In this document: positions 24,536-33,206 of the stretch, piece after piece
How positions within the stretch are numbered: position 1 is the first letter of the stretch
Layout of the letters: the number at the start of each line of letters is the position of its first letter
Virus record (IMG/VR): IMGVR_UViG_3300008997_000008
Direction: 5' to 3' (one strand)
DNA from: a virus
DNA: 64,000 nucleotides
Notes under the pieces: model-generated
What the model was told of the DNA's origin: nothing
Database searches by the model: none
Seen by the model: only the letters and a program-made list of their open reading frames with translations
Translations under genes and position numbers: made by a program

Positions 24536-26893
24536 TTGTCGACCAGATTCATTCGCACTGCAAGCTCCCTGTTCCTGCTGAAGCCGCTCACCCCTGAGAC
24601 CCCTCCGACCCCCTCGGCCACCGTGGGCCACCACATCATGGTCATCGACCGCTCCGGCTCAATGTGGGGCGACATCGAGAAGCTCAAGCAGAGCCTCGAG
24701 CAGTCCCTCGCCGTCGAGTCCATGACCAACGAGGGGGTGCTCACCACCCTGATCTCGTTCTCGACCCACGGCGACGTCACCGAGCACTGGGTTCGCATCC
24801 CCGTGTCCGAGGTCCTCAAGCTGGACAACCCCTACCTCAAGAAGCTCCGGGCCATCCGGGCCAGCTTCCTGACCGGGATCAGCCAGGCCCTCAACCTCGG
24901 CCTCAAGCACGTCCGGAAGGGCGAGACCACCGGCATGAGCCTCTTCACCGATGGCTACGCCAACTCCCCCTCCTCCTACCAGGAGAACCGGAACCTCGAC
25001 CGATTCGTCTCCGACGCCCGGAAGGTGGGTGGTCTGTTCCTGAACTGCATCGGCTACCGATCCTGGTGCGACTGGCCCCGGATGAACGCGATGTCCAACG
25101 CGCTCTCCGGCACCACCGTCCGTGCCCGATCCTTCCGGGAAGTCCTCACTGTGATGAAGGACACCCAGACGCTGCTCTCCGCAGGCGTCGCCCCGGCTAC
25201 GACCATCACCCCGCAGAACGACGGGCTCCTCCTGGCGATCAACCGCACCACTGGCCAGGTCAACGCCTCCCACAGCGAGCTCAACCTCGCAGGTGTCGGC
25301 GCCAACGAGGTGGTGGACATCTACGAGATCACCGAGGTCCCCGCGACGACCAAGGCTGCCAAGGGTGTCCACGCCGTCTCTCGGGAGGACACCTACCTCC
25401 ACGGGGCCCTGACCATGGCGCTCACCAGCCTCCAGGATCTCCGGAAGGCGAAGGAGGTCCTGTTCGCCAGTGGCAACAAGACGCTGTGGGATGCGCACCA
25501 GAGCGCTATGACCCCCTCCACCCTGTCCGACATGCTCGAGGACCTCATCGCCTGGGTCCTCGCGGGCAACAGTGACGCCTACGAGATGGGCCGCAACGTC
25601 CGGCCCCAGTACAACCTGTTCACACTGGCTGACGTTCTCAACGGGCTCCCCGCCCGCAGCGTTGGCCTGGACACCGACCGCTTCCTCTCCTCCTACCGGC
25701 GGCGCTCTCTGCGTCGCATCCCGGGTCGCCGGGACCCGGAGGGGAACGTCATCCCGCTGGCCGCCTCCCTACAGCCACGAGGAAACCGGGTCTTCATCCG
25801 CGGGATGAAGTTCAACACGACCGACGCCTCCGTGCAGCTGGAGACGGTCCGGGATGTCGATCTCAAGCTGTCCGAGGGCGAGATCGTCCGGGAGGTCCAG
25901 TTCGTCGACGTGAGCCGCCTTCAGGACTTCCGGTCCTACACGGTGATCTCCAGCGGCGAGCGCAACGTGGACAAGATCCCCCTGCGGATCTACACGGAGC
26001 AGGCCTGGACCGCCCTGACCCCGTTCATGATCCCGAGCGAGGTGGCCAAGGGCTTCCGGCCCGGGCAGCTGGTGCACATCGAGATGCGCCGCTTCCGGCT
26101 CGAGTCGGACACCTGCCCGACTCCCTCCGACATCCTGGCCCTGGTGAGCTCGCGGAACCAGGCCATGGCCCGCTCCAAGGCCCTCTCCGCAATGGTCAGC
26201 AAGGGACAGGCCTCTCCGTACAGCGGAACCCAGGTCGCCGCCCTCAAGGCTGTTCACCTGACCCCCGCCCTGTACTTCTCTCCCCCAACCATGTACGAGT
26301 ACACGGACCGGGACGAGGCTGTGCGCAAGGGCGAGATCGACGCCTACACACGGTATCGGGTCAACTTCGGCACCGTGGGCATCCTGAGCAAGAAGAAGTT
26401 CAAGTCTGGGAACGCCTTCCTGAAGAAGCGGTACAAGGTCGCCAACGGGGAGACGGCGATCGCCAAGCCGACGCTGCAGGGCTACCAGAACGGGGACACC
26501 TACACCGTCAAGCCACGGGGACGCGGGGCCTGGACCGATGCCGACGACCTGATGGCCACCGCCTTCGACGCCCTCCTGCTCTCCGACGAGCGGGCCTCCA
26601 ACGAGGAGATCGTCGCCTACCTCGACGTGGCGACGAACACCATCAACGAGGCCAACGACGCCCTCCAGGGTCTGGTCATGGAAATCGGTTGTACCGGCCT
26701 CCTGCCCCGCGCTCTCGAGGCTGTCGCCACCCGCTACGAGGCGGATGAGTTCGCCACTCAGTTCGGTGTCAAGCTGGGCAAGGACGAGAAGGAGGGCATC
26801 TTCTTCACGTTCTCTGGGGGTCTGGTGGTCAACATCGTCCCCGAGACCTCCTGGTACACCGTCCAGAAGCCCCAGGCGGCAGCGGCCAAGTAG
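24536..26893 (+). CDS. Large VWA (MIDAS) domain protein
   Basis: HHIMVIDRSGSM (DxSxS), ISFST, LFTDG; TTG start after GGAGG; very strong C-ending codon bias. Confidence 0.85.
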   Translation: MSTRFIRTASSLFLLKPLTPETPPTPSATVGHHIMVIDRSGSMWGDIEKLKQSLEQSLAVESMTNEGVLTTLISFSTHGDVTEHWVRIPVSEVLKLDNPYLKKLRAIRASFLTGISQALNLGLKHVRKGETTGMSLFTDGYANSPSSYQENRNLDRFVSDARKVGGLFLNCIGYRSWCDWPRMNAMSNALSGTTVRARSFREVLTVMKDTQTLLSAGVAPATTITPQNDGLLLAINRTTGQVNASHSELNLAGVGANEVVDIYEITEVPATTKAAKGVHAVSREDTYLHGALTMALTSLQDLRKAKEVLFASGNKTLWDAHQSAMTPSTLSDMLEDLIAWVLAGNSDAYEMGRNVRPQYNLFTLADVLNGLPARSVGLDTDRFLSSYRRRSLRRIPGRRDPEGNVIPLAASLQPRGNRVFIRGMKFNTTDASVQLETVRDVDLKLSEGEIVREVQFVDVSRLQDFRSYTVISSGERNVDKIPLRIYTEQAWTALTPFMIPSEVAKGFRPGQLVHIEMRRFRLESDTCPTPSDILALVSSRNQAMARSKALSAMVSKGQASPYSGTQVAALKAVHLTPALYFSPPTMYEYTDRDEAVRKGEIDAYTRYRVNFGTVGILSKKKFKSGNAFLKKRYKVANGETAIAKPTLQGYQNGDTYTVKPRGRGAWTDADDLMATAFDALLLSDERASNEEIVAYLDVATNTINEANDALQGLVMEIGCTGLLPRALEAVATRYEADEFATQFGVKLGKDEKEGIFFTFSGGLVVNIVPETSWYTVQKPQAAAAK

Positions 26894-26903
26894 GAGATCC
26901 CAG

Positions 26904-27260
26904 ATGCCCAACTTCAGCCAGGACAAGGATCGGGAGCTCAGCCGGCAGGAACTCCTCCATCAACTCGGGGAGGGGATCAAGTCGACTGAGGAAAAGCTCA
27001 CCCGGAGATTCCCAGAGGTCTCTGCTGATGTCACCCTGAAGAACGGCAAGAGTCTGTACTTTGCCAACCATCGACAGGAATGGGGTCTCTACATCCGACG
27101 CACGGACAGGGTATTCGTGAGGCTCTTCGAAGCGACCATCGCGGAGAAGATCCAGGCATCGGCCGGATTGCCCAATCTGGTGGAAGCCTTGGAGAGCACG
27201 TCCACTCGGAACAACAAGGCCATCGCGCAGGCAGCAGCGCAGTTCCGAGCCGTCCGGTAG
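26904..27260 (+). CDS. Hypothetical protein
   Basis: AGGAG RBS immediately after the VWA stop. Confidence 0.6.
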   Translation: MPNFSQDKDRELSRQELLHQLGEGIKSTEEKLTRRFPEVSADVTLKNGKSLYFANHRQEWGLYIRRTDRVFVRLFEATIAEKIQASAGLPNLVEALESTSTRNNKAIAQAAAQFRAVR

Positions 27261-27277
27261 TTCAAGGGCCTGGCTGG

Positions 27278-27305
27278 GTTTCCCTGGGTTCGGGGTGGGC
27301 GTAAC
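27278..27305 (+). promoter_or_regulatory. Class A promoter-like motif GTTTCC-N16-CGTAAC
   Basis: Exact match upstream of ATG 27336. Confidence 0.7.
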
Positions 27306-27335
27306 TCCCCCGAACCCAGTCGCATTTGGAACCCT

Positions 27336-27830
27336 ATGTCTCGTCGCTGCCCCCGCTGCAACACTCCCTACTTGGGAGAAATCGAAACAGCCCCGATCTG
27401 GGTGGTCCGGAAGTACACGGCACAGTGGCGAGAGAGCCTCGGACGAGGCGGCCACCAAGTCGTGTCCGCTCGAGGCGGCAAGGGTCGTACCTGCAAGCCC
27501 TGTGCAGAGGCTCGGCGAGATGAGCTCACGCAGAGGGCCAAGCGAGAAGAAGCAGTCCGGCAGGCCCGTCTACAGGAAGTGGGGGCCTGCCGTCGTGCTG
27601 TCCTTGACCGGACCCTCTCTCTTCGCAAGCTCCACGAGCGCATCGGCCGCATTCTCGCCGAGAACGATCGTCGGAACTGGTCCGAGCGGAACGATCTCCC
27701 GGTCATCCTCGTTGTTCGCAATGGGGACGAGAGGACCGAAATCGCACTCACCCACGCAGGAGGCCCTCTGTGCCAGACCCTCGGTGGGGACACCATTGCC
27801 CTCGTTGGCACCAAGCTGGAGGATATGTAG
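27336..27830 (+). CDS. Zn-finger hypothetical protein
   Basis: CPRC...CKPC. Confidence 0.6.
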   Translation: MSRRCPRCNTPYLGEIETAPIWVVRKYTAQWRESLGRGGHQVVSARGGKGRTCKPCAEARRDELTQRAKREEAVRQARLQEVGACRRAVLDRTLSLRKLHERIGRILAENDRRNWSERNDLPVILVVRNGDERTEIALTHAGGPLCQTLGGDTIALVGTKLEDM

Positions 27831-27832
27831 TC

Positions 27833-28141
27833 ATGAGCGAACTCACCGTAGAGAACCTGGCCCCCCGCTTCCCCCCAGGAGCCCAGGTCACGATCTCCGA
27901 GGACCATCCCTACGCCGAGGTGAGGTGGGGGGTGTTCAGGGCCCTGGTGACGGAGAAGAAGTCACCGCGCTTCCCCCTCCCCTACGGGGTCTGCATCTTC
28001 ATCGACGGCCTCGATGCGGGGTGTCCCTTGGGACACGTCCAGGAAGTCACCCTCCGTCTCGCCATCCTGAAGGCCCGCCAGAAGGCCGGTTCCCGGCTCC
28101 GGGAAATGTCCGAAGACCTCTACATCATCGATCTCGCCTGA
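27833..28141 (+). CDS. Hypothetical protein, SH3-like beta pattern
   Basis: ATG 27833 follows the upstream stop; RFPPGAQVTI...G...V pattern. Confidence 0.55.
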   Translation: MSELTVENLAPRFPPGAQVTISEDHPYAEVRWGVFRALVTEKKSPRFPLPYGVCIFIDGLDAGCPLGHVQEVTLRLAILKARQKAGSRLREMSEDLYIIDLA

Positions 28142-28148
28142 GGATATC

Positions 28149-28436
28149 ATGACCCCCGAAGACATCAAGACCCTCCGCAGTCTGGCCCCACCACTTGTGC
28201 AGGCTCGAGTAGACCATCTTCCCGATTTCCCGGAAGCAGTTCTCTGCTGGGACAACTTCAGCATCTATCTGAGGGACCACGGACCTGAGAAAACCCTCCG
28301 ATACACAGCGAAGGTGTGGTTCAGCGGCAAGCCTATTGGAGAGGCCTCCCGGTGCGCCCTCAAACAGGCAGTCCGGGACGCTCGGTATCTGGCCCACACC
28401 CACCTCCAGGACCTCTCCCGGAACATCAAGCCGTAG
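28149..28436 (+). CDS. Small hypothetical protein, paralog 1 of a tandem family
   Basis: WDNF...RDHGP...RY...VWF.G is shared with 28444..28740. Confidence 0.65.
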   Translation: MTPEDIKTLRSLAPPLVQARVDHLPDFPEAVLCWDNFSIYLRDHGPEKTLRYTAKVWFSGKPIGEASRCALKQAVRDARYLAHTHLQDLSRNIKP

Positions 28437-28443
28437 GGGCCTC

Positions 28444-28740
28444 ATGAGCTACATGTGTAGCCAGGTCCTCCAGGCGATCCAGGAGATCTCCCCCCACCCC
28501 GAGCACCTGTGGTCTGACCCCTACAGGAATCCCCCCGAAGCTGGGACCTACTGGGGCAACTTCGGGCTCAAGGTGCGAGACTACGGTCCGGACAAGAAGG
28601 CTCGATACAGCGTGGAGGTGTGGTTCAACGGTCTCCACCTCGCAGAGTTCTCCGGGAACTCTCCGCGAGAAACCATCGAGCGGGCTCGAAGAGAGGCGGC
28701 GAGGATTCTCCGAGAGCGAGCCAAAGAAATCGACCCGTAG
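28444..28740 (+). CDS. Small hypothetical protein, paralog 2
   Basis: WGNF...RDYGP...RY...VWFNG...ERARREAARIL. Confidence 0.65.
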   Translation: MSYMCSQVLQAIQEISPHPEHLWSDPYRNPPEAGTYWGNFGLKVRDYGPDKKARYSVEVWFNGLHLAEFSGNSPRETIERARREAARILRERAKEIDP

Positions 28741-28743
28741 AGG

Positions 28744-28771
28744 GTTTCCTCTGGGGCGGCCTCGACGTAAC
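28744..28771 (+). promoter_or_regulatory. Class A promoter-like motif GTTTCC-N16-CGTAAC
   Basis: Exact match upstream of ATG 28801. Confidence 0.7.
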
Positions 28772-28800
28772 AGTATCGAGGAAAGGACCCGAGGAACCCC

Positions 28801-29097
28801 ATGACTATCGACCGCACCGCCTTCGCCGCTTGCTTCCCCGCCCACGCCAACATCGACGTCTCCGACGACGCGGCCACCGGCTGGGCCTTCTGGGATGGCT
28901 TCGAGGCCACGACCACCATCAACCCCGGTAGTCTCAACCTCGTCACCACCACCATCCGCTTCGGCGTCCAGGGTGTCGAGCTCTCCCTGAGCTCCGTCAA
29001 CTCCAGCACCGTCGAGAGGGCTATCCGCCGCGCCCGCCGCGAGGCCGCGCGCACCCTCCAGGACTGGGCCCGTCCCGTCGACGTGGAAGGGCGGTAA
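28801..29097 (+). CDS. Small hypothetical protein, distant paralog 3
   Basis: FWDGF...ERAIRRARREAARTL; strong codon bias. Confidence 0.65.
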   Translation: MTIDRTAFAACFPAHANIDVSDDAATGWAFWDGFEATTTINPGSLNLVTTTIRFGVQGVELSLSSVNSSTVERAIRRARREAARTLQDWARPVDVEGR

Positions 29098-29123
29098 CTT
29101 CGGTGGCCAGCCACCAGGTGACC

Positions 29124-30089
29124 ATGCCATTCTTCTTCGAAGAGAACGACGACTACGCGCACATTCTGATCGACGGCCAGCACCTGGTCCATCGCTCCGC
29201 CTATGCGCACTCGGAACTCTCGTTCGTCAACGATGAGGGGCGAGAGATCTTCACGGGAGTGATCTACGGGTTCCTCTCGGTCGTCGGCCGTGTTTGGAAG
29301 AGGTACGCCGACAGGCCCTGCTCAGTCACTGTGTGCTGGGAAGGAGGCTACACTCACCGAACGGCCCTCTATGAGGGATACAAGGCCAGCCGCCGAGTGC
29401 CCCCGGACCCGGAGAAGCAGGCGCAGATGGACTCCATGTTCGCCCAGCAGAGAGTCCTTCGGAGACTCCTGGGAATCCTCGGCTGGAGTCAGGCCCGTGC
29501 CTCCGGATTCGAAGCGGACGACGCGATGGCTACCCTCGCGGCGCGCTACGGGAGCCAGGGTTCCCGAGTCGCGCTCTACACAGGGGACAAGGATCTCCAC
29601 CAGTGTGTCACGGACAAGGTCCACGTCATCTCAGCCCGTCCCAAGGACAGCGACGCGATCTGGACCCCAGACACCGTGCGCGAGCGTTGGGGAGTCGGTC
29701 CGGAGAGAGTCGCCGAGGTTCTGGGCCTTGCGGGGGACGGAGCGGATGACATCCCAGGATGCCCTGGATGTGGGCCTGGGTGGGCGAAGAAGCTCCTCGC
29801 AGGACCGCCCAGAAGCATCCCCCAGCTCCTCCAGGACGCTGAGGCGGGGATACTGACGGGAGAGTTCCAGGGCAAGCGGTGGAGGTCCCCAAGCCTCTCC
29901 AAGAAGCTCCGAGAGAACGCCCAACAGGTACGGGTATCCTGGGAGCTCGCGAAGACCGTATCAGATGCCCCCGTCGAGATAGACAAGGGCGCTCGGGACA
30001 TCGGTCTTCTTCGCCATGCCCTGGAGCAACTCCGGATGTGGAGTCTCCTCGAGGGCAAGTCCTGGGAGAGAATCTCCCAGGTCAGATAG
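29124..30089 (+). CDS. 5'-3' exonuclease / flap endonuclease (Pol I N-terminal / T5 D15 family)
   Basis: LIDGQHLVHRSAYA, GFEADD, TGDKDLHQ, LAGDGADDIPGCPGCGPGWAKKLL. Confidence 0.92.
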   Translation: MPFFFEENDDYAHILIDGQHLVHRSAYAHSELSFVNDEGREIFTGVIYGFLSVVGRVWKRYADRPCSVTVCWEGGYTHRTALYEGYKASRRVPPDPEKQAQMDSMFAQQRVLRRLLGILGWSQARASGFEADDAMATLAARYGSQGSRVALYTGDKDLHQCVTDKVHVISARPKDSDAIWTPDTVRERWGVGPERVAEVLGLAGDGADDIPGCPGCGPGWAKKLLAGPPRSIPQLLQDAEAGILTGEFQGKRWRSPSLSKKLRENAQQVRVSWELAKTVSDAPVEIDKGARDIGLLRHALEQLRMWSLLEGKSWERISQVR

Positions 30090-30678
30090 AGAAGGGCCTC
30101 TCGGGGACGATGTCCCGAGACTTCCTCATGTGGACTTTCCAGAGGCCCGTGCTGGGGTCTGGCATCCAACGGATCCGCATACTCGCGTGGTGTCGCCAGG
30201 TGCCGTTGGGGGGTTCGTCGTTGAACCGAGGCTCCGAGAAGAATCCGACCACGCAGGCGTTCGCCGTCATGACTCGAGCCTGGATTCGGGGGAGAGCATC
30301 GGTCCAGAGGGCGAACTGGGGAGTTCCAGGGGTGTGTGCCACGTAGTCCGGGTGGTACATCAGGACGATCCGCGGTCCGTCGGGGTCGGACAGGTGCTGC
30401 TCGATGAACGCTTCGGTGTCCAGTACGGTTCCCGGGGAGCAGTAGATGAGCGCATCATCCGTGAACCGAAGCCCATGCTTGGCGAGAGCCTCGCTGGAGA
30501 GAGCCATCACGTAGTCGAGGAACAGGACCCGGTGCCCGTGGTCGATGGCTGTCTTGAGAACCTGGACCGCGACTTCCGAGAAGCCGGTTCCCAGAGGAGC
30601 CCACATCTGAGTGATCCCCGGTCGGGGAAACCCCTTGGCGTGGTGGTCGAGCGTAGTGAAGCCTGTGGGAACGATCAT
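30082..30678 (-). CDS. RecA-fold protein with degenerate Walker motifs (paralog B)
   Basis: VPTGFTTLD...GFPRPGITQMWAPLGTGFS...VLFLD...AL...GL...C.P parallels the RecA core, but GKT is absent. Confidence 0.7.
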   Translation of the reverse strand: MIVPTGFTTLDHHAKGFPRPGITQMWAPLGTGFSEVAVQVLKTAIDHGHRVLFLDYVMALSSEALAKHGLRFTDDALIYCSPGTVLDTEAFIEQHLSDPDGPRIVLMYHPDYVAHTPGTPQFALWTDALPRIQARVMTANACVVGFFSEPRFNDEPPNGTWRHHASMRIRWMPDPSTGLWKVHMRKSRDIVPERPFSI

Positions 30679-31268
30679 GCAAGGATCCTCTCTGTTCTGC
30701 CCATGGAGTCGGAGACCATGGATTTACGGATGGTTGCGTAGACACCGTCTTCCCGGTCTTCGATGTTGGCCCAGAGGGAGGAAGGGGAACGCCAGGTGCG
30801 ATCCACCTCGATTTCCGAGAGAGGTGGAAGGATAATCAGCAGAATAGACTCCCGCTCCTGAAGGACCTTCCGGAGATCCTTCAGGAACCCAGCCCATGAG
30901 AAGTCCTCGTTGTAGAGAGCTCGGTCCGGCCGGTTGAGGATCAACAGGGACCTCTTTGGGGCCACAACTGCCATCTTTGAAGCCAAGACAGGGCACCGAG
31001 TCTGCAGGACCGAAACCATCTCTTGATAAGGGCCCCCGATGGCTTCATGGGAGAAGTCTTCCGCGAAGTCAATCGCCAGAGCCTCCCGGCTTCCGGCCAG
31101 AGCCTTGAAAATGCAGACCGTAGCCAGGACGCTTGGGGTGCTTCCCTCTCCGGAGAACACCGATATCCTCCCGATGGGGAGGCCCGGGCAGTTGTCCCGT
31201 GCGCCTGAGATGAGGGCATCCAGGGCCTCGTTGGTCGTCGAGAGAGCGTCGTATTTGATGGGTTCCAT
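30675..31268 (-). CDS. RecA-fold protein with degenerate Walker motifs (paralog A)
   Basis: LSTTNEALDALISG...GLPIGRISVFSGEGSTPSVLA...ALAID; GAGG RBS before ATG 31268. Confidence 0.6.
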   Translation of the reverse strand: MEPIKYDALSTTNEALDALISGARDNCPGLPIGRISVFSGEGSTPSVLATVCIFKALAGSREALAIDFAEDFSHEAIGGPYQEMVSVLQTRCPVLASKMAVVAPKRSLLILNRPDRALYNEDFSWAGFLKDLRKVLQERESILLIILPPLSEIEVDRTWRSPSSLWANIEDREDGVYATIRKSMVSDSMGRTERILA

Positions 31269-31350
31269 GACCTCGATTACCGGTTTCCCAAACGCCCTCC
31301 GAGACGGTATCTGATATATGGGAGGACTCTCCCGAAGGAAGGTGTCGGAC

Positions 31351-32052
31351 ATGGGCAAAGAACTCTTCACCACTGAGTCGGGCAAGACTTTCCGGATCGA
31401 GAGCCTCGCCTTCGCGAACTGGCTCCGTGGGATGGGCGTCAAGCCCGGCATGGATCTGGGGATGTATCTCCGGGGAGACAAGAGCATCCCCGACGCCTGG
31501 GTGAATCAGAGTTCTCCTGTCCGGGGGAAGAGCGTCACCCTGAAGGATCTCGGCGCCACCGGCCGGGCGATTCCCCGAGCGCCTCGGACGGGCCCCTCCA
31601 AGCGCGGGCCGGACATCCCCAAACTCTGGGAGAAGCTTCTCCAAACCATCTGGAAGGAAGTCGGCAAGCCGGACCCTGCCTATGCCGCAGACCTCTACGT
31701 CAACATGGACGTGAGCGGGATGTACCAGGACAGAGCCGATGAAGATGCCTTCCCCGGCTACCTCGAGGGCATCTCCGCCGACGTAGGGCAGAACTGGGAG
31801 TGGAGCCTTCCCGGCAAGGTGCAGGCTCTGTGGGATCGCCTCTCCATGGCTCTGGACTCTGGGACGCACAAGCCCATGGAGTACTACGAGCGCCACCAGC
31901 CCTACTACACGACCCGGCAGGCACGAGCGGCTCTGCGGGAGATCTACGCCAGCGCCTGGCATGATGGCATGCAGAAGGGCTGGCAGCAGCTCAAGAAGAA
32001 CCCGGCAGAGATGGCCCGCCTCAACAAGATGAGGGCGGAGCACTCCCGTTGA
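31351..32052 (+). CDS. Hypothetical protein, possibly late-expressed
   Basis: CGGT-N7-ATAT at 31305-31319; AAGG RBS; coding-like codon usage. Confidence 0.65.
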   Translation: MGKELFTTESGKTFRIESLAFANWLRGMGVKPGMDLGMYLRGDKSIPDAWVNQSSPVRGKSVTLKDLGATGRAIPRAPRTGPSKRGPDIPKLWEKLLQTIWKEVGKPDPAYAADLYVNMDVSGMYQDRADEDAFPGYLEGISADVGQNWEWSLPGKVQALWDRLSMALDSGTHKPMEYYERHQPYYTTRQARAALREIYASAWHDGMQKGWQQLKKNPAEMARLNKMRAEHSR

Positions 32053-32231
32053 GCGTCGTCCACGCGGCGCAAGACCAGGACATCCAAGGACCTCCCGGTA
32101 AAAGGGTCCGTAGAGCTTGGTGTGGGGAAATGGTCTCGGTACACAGAGCAACCGAGAACCCCAACAACCGGAGAGTGACCTGCCCCCGCTGCCGGGAGAG
32201 GCTCACCAAGGATGGCGTCTATCTGCCCTGA
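32049..32231 (+). CDS. Small Zn-binding hypothetical protein
   Basis: H...WCG...VTCPRC; overlaps the upstream stop. Confidence 0.5.
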   Translation: MSVVHAAQDQDIQGPPGKRVRRAWCGEMVSVHRATENPNNRRVTCPRCRERLTKDGVYLP

Positions 32232-32602
32232 CGCTTCCGCGCGAGACGCTGCTCCCGCTGCTCTTGGCGACGCTCCTCGAGGATCTCCCCGAACGACCGG
32301 ATGCCAATCAGGCTGAGACCCACCTGACGGGCGTACTCCTGAAGCATGTACGGGTGCCAGGTCGCGCCGGCCAAGCGGAGACGACGGGAATCCAGGATAT
32401 CGTATTCCCAGCCATCCTTGGTGATCCCCTCCTTGTCGCGGAACACGAAGATGACCTGGTTCAGCCCACGGGAGACAAACAGGAAGACCTCCCCCTCTTG
32501 CAGATCCCCAGGGTACTCCGGGGACTTCCGGTAGATCTTGAGGTTGGTGGCCTCGCTCCGCTGGAAGGAGCACATGATGATCCCTTTGAGACGTAGCTTC
32601 AC
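32219..32602 (-). CDS. Hypothetical protein
   Basis: GGAGG RBS before GTG 32602. Confidence 0.6.
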   Translation of the reverse strand: MKLRLKGIIMCSFQRSEATNLKIYRKSPEYPGDLQEGEVFLFVSRGLNQVIFVFRDKEGITKDGWEYDILDSRRLRLAGATWHPYMLQEYARQVGLSLIGIRSFGEILEERRQEQREQRLARKRQGR

Positions 32603-33120
32603 GGCGTGTCTCCTCCGAGGTTGAACCTCTGTTTGAATGTGACGGTGGCTTCCCCGCCAGAGATGTTGAGTGTCTCGACCCCAAGAGCCTTCATCCACTG
32701 GTAGGTCTGTTCCAGACGGGACTCCAGGTCATCCGCTGTGGAGGTCAGAACCTCCGTCGGGACTGTGAGGGCGGTCACAGCCTCCGGGCCTGCCCCAGCC
32801 GGGGCTCGCGGTTCCGGATCCGGAGGAGCGGTCTCGGAAGGAGGCATGAGACCATTGAGGGTCTTGTAGCTGAGGGTGACACCATAGAGCTTCTTGATCT
32901 CGATTTGAGCTGCGTTCCGAGTCCTCCCTTCCGAGAGAAGGAACCCAGCCCGCGCCAGGGCCTGTTGTCTGGTGGAGTCCTTCTCCCGCATATCCTTCCG
33001 GTAGTTGGCCAGAGTTTGCGTGGAGATTCCCTTCCCGTACTTCTCCTTGCAGTGTGCTTGGATCTCTTGATTGGTGGCCCCCGCACGGAGCATTCGCAGG
33101 GCATCTGATGCTTTGGACAT
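32599..33120 (-). CDS. Tandem-HTH putative transcription regulator
   Basis: GATNQEIQ...KYG..IS..TL.NY is repeated as GRTRNAAQ...LYG..LS..TL. Confidence 0.6.
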   Translation of the reverse strand: MSKASDALRMLRAGATNQEIQAHCKEKYGKGISTQTLANYRKDMREKDSTRQQALARAGFLLSEGRTRNAAQIEIKKLYGVTLSYKTLNGLMPPSETAPPDPEPRAPAGAGPEAVTALTVPTEVLTSTADDLESRLEQTYQWMKALGVETLNISGGEATVTFKQRFNLGGDTP

Positions 33121-33206
33121 ATCTCCTCCTGGCGCCCATTACCGGGAAACCCTCGGAAAAGAGCTCCCCGCCGGTAATCCCAAGTGAACCCAAACCGAGG
33201 AACCCC

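Noticed and set aside
32219-32602. Resemblance to IS66 accessory protein TnpB (Orf2)
   Set aside because: Only a loose FLFV...IF pattern matches. There is no transposase, terminal inverted repeat or target duplication nearby.
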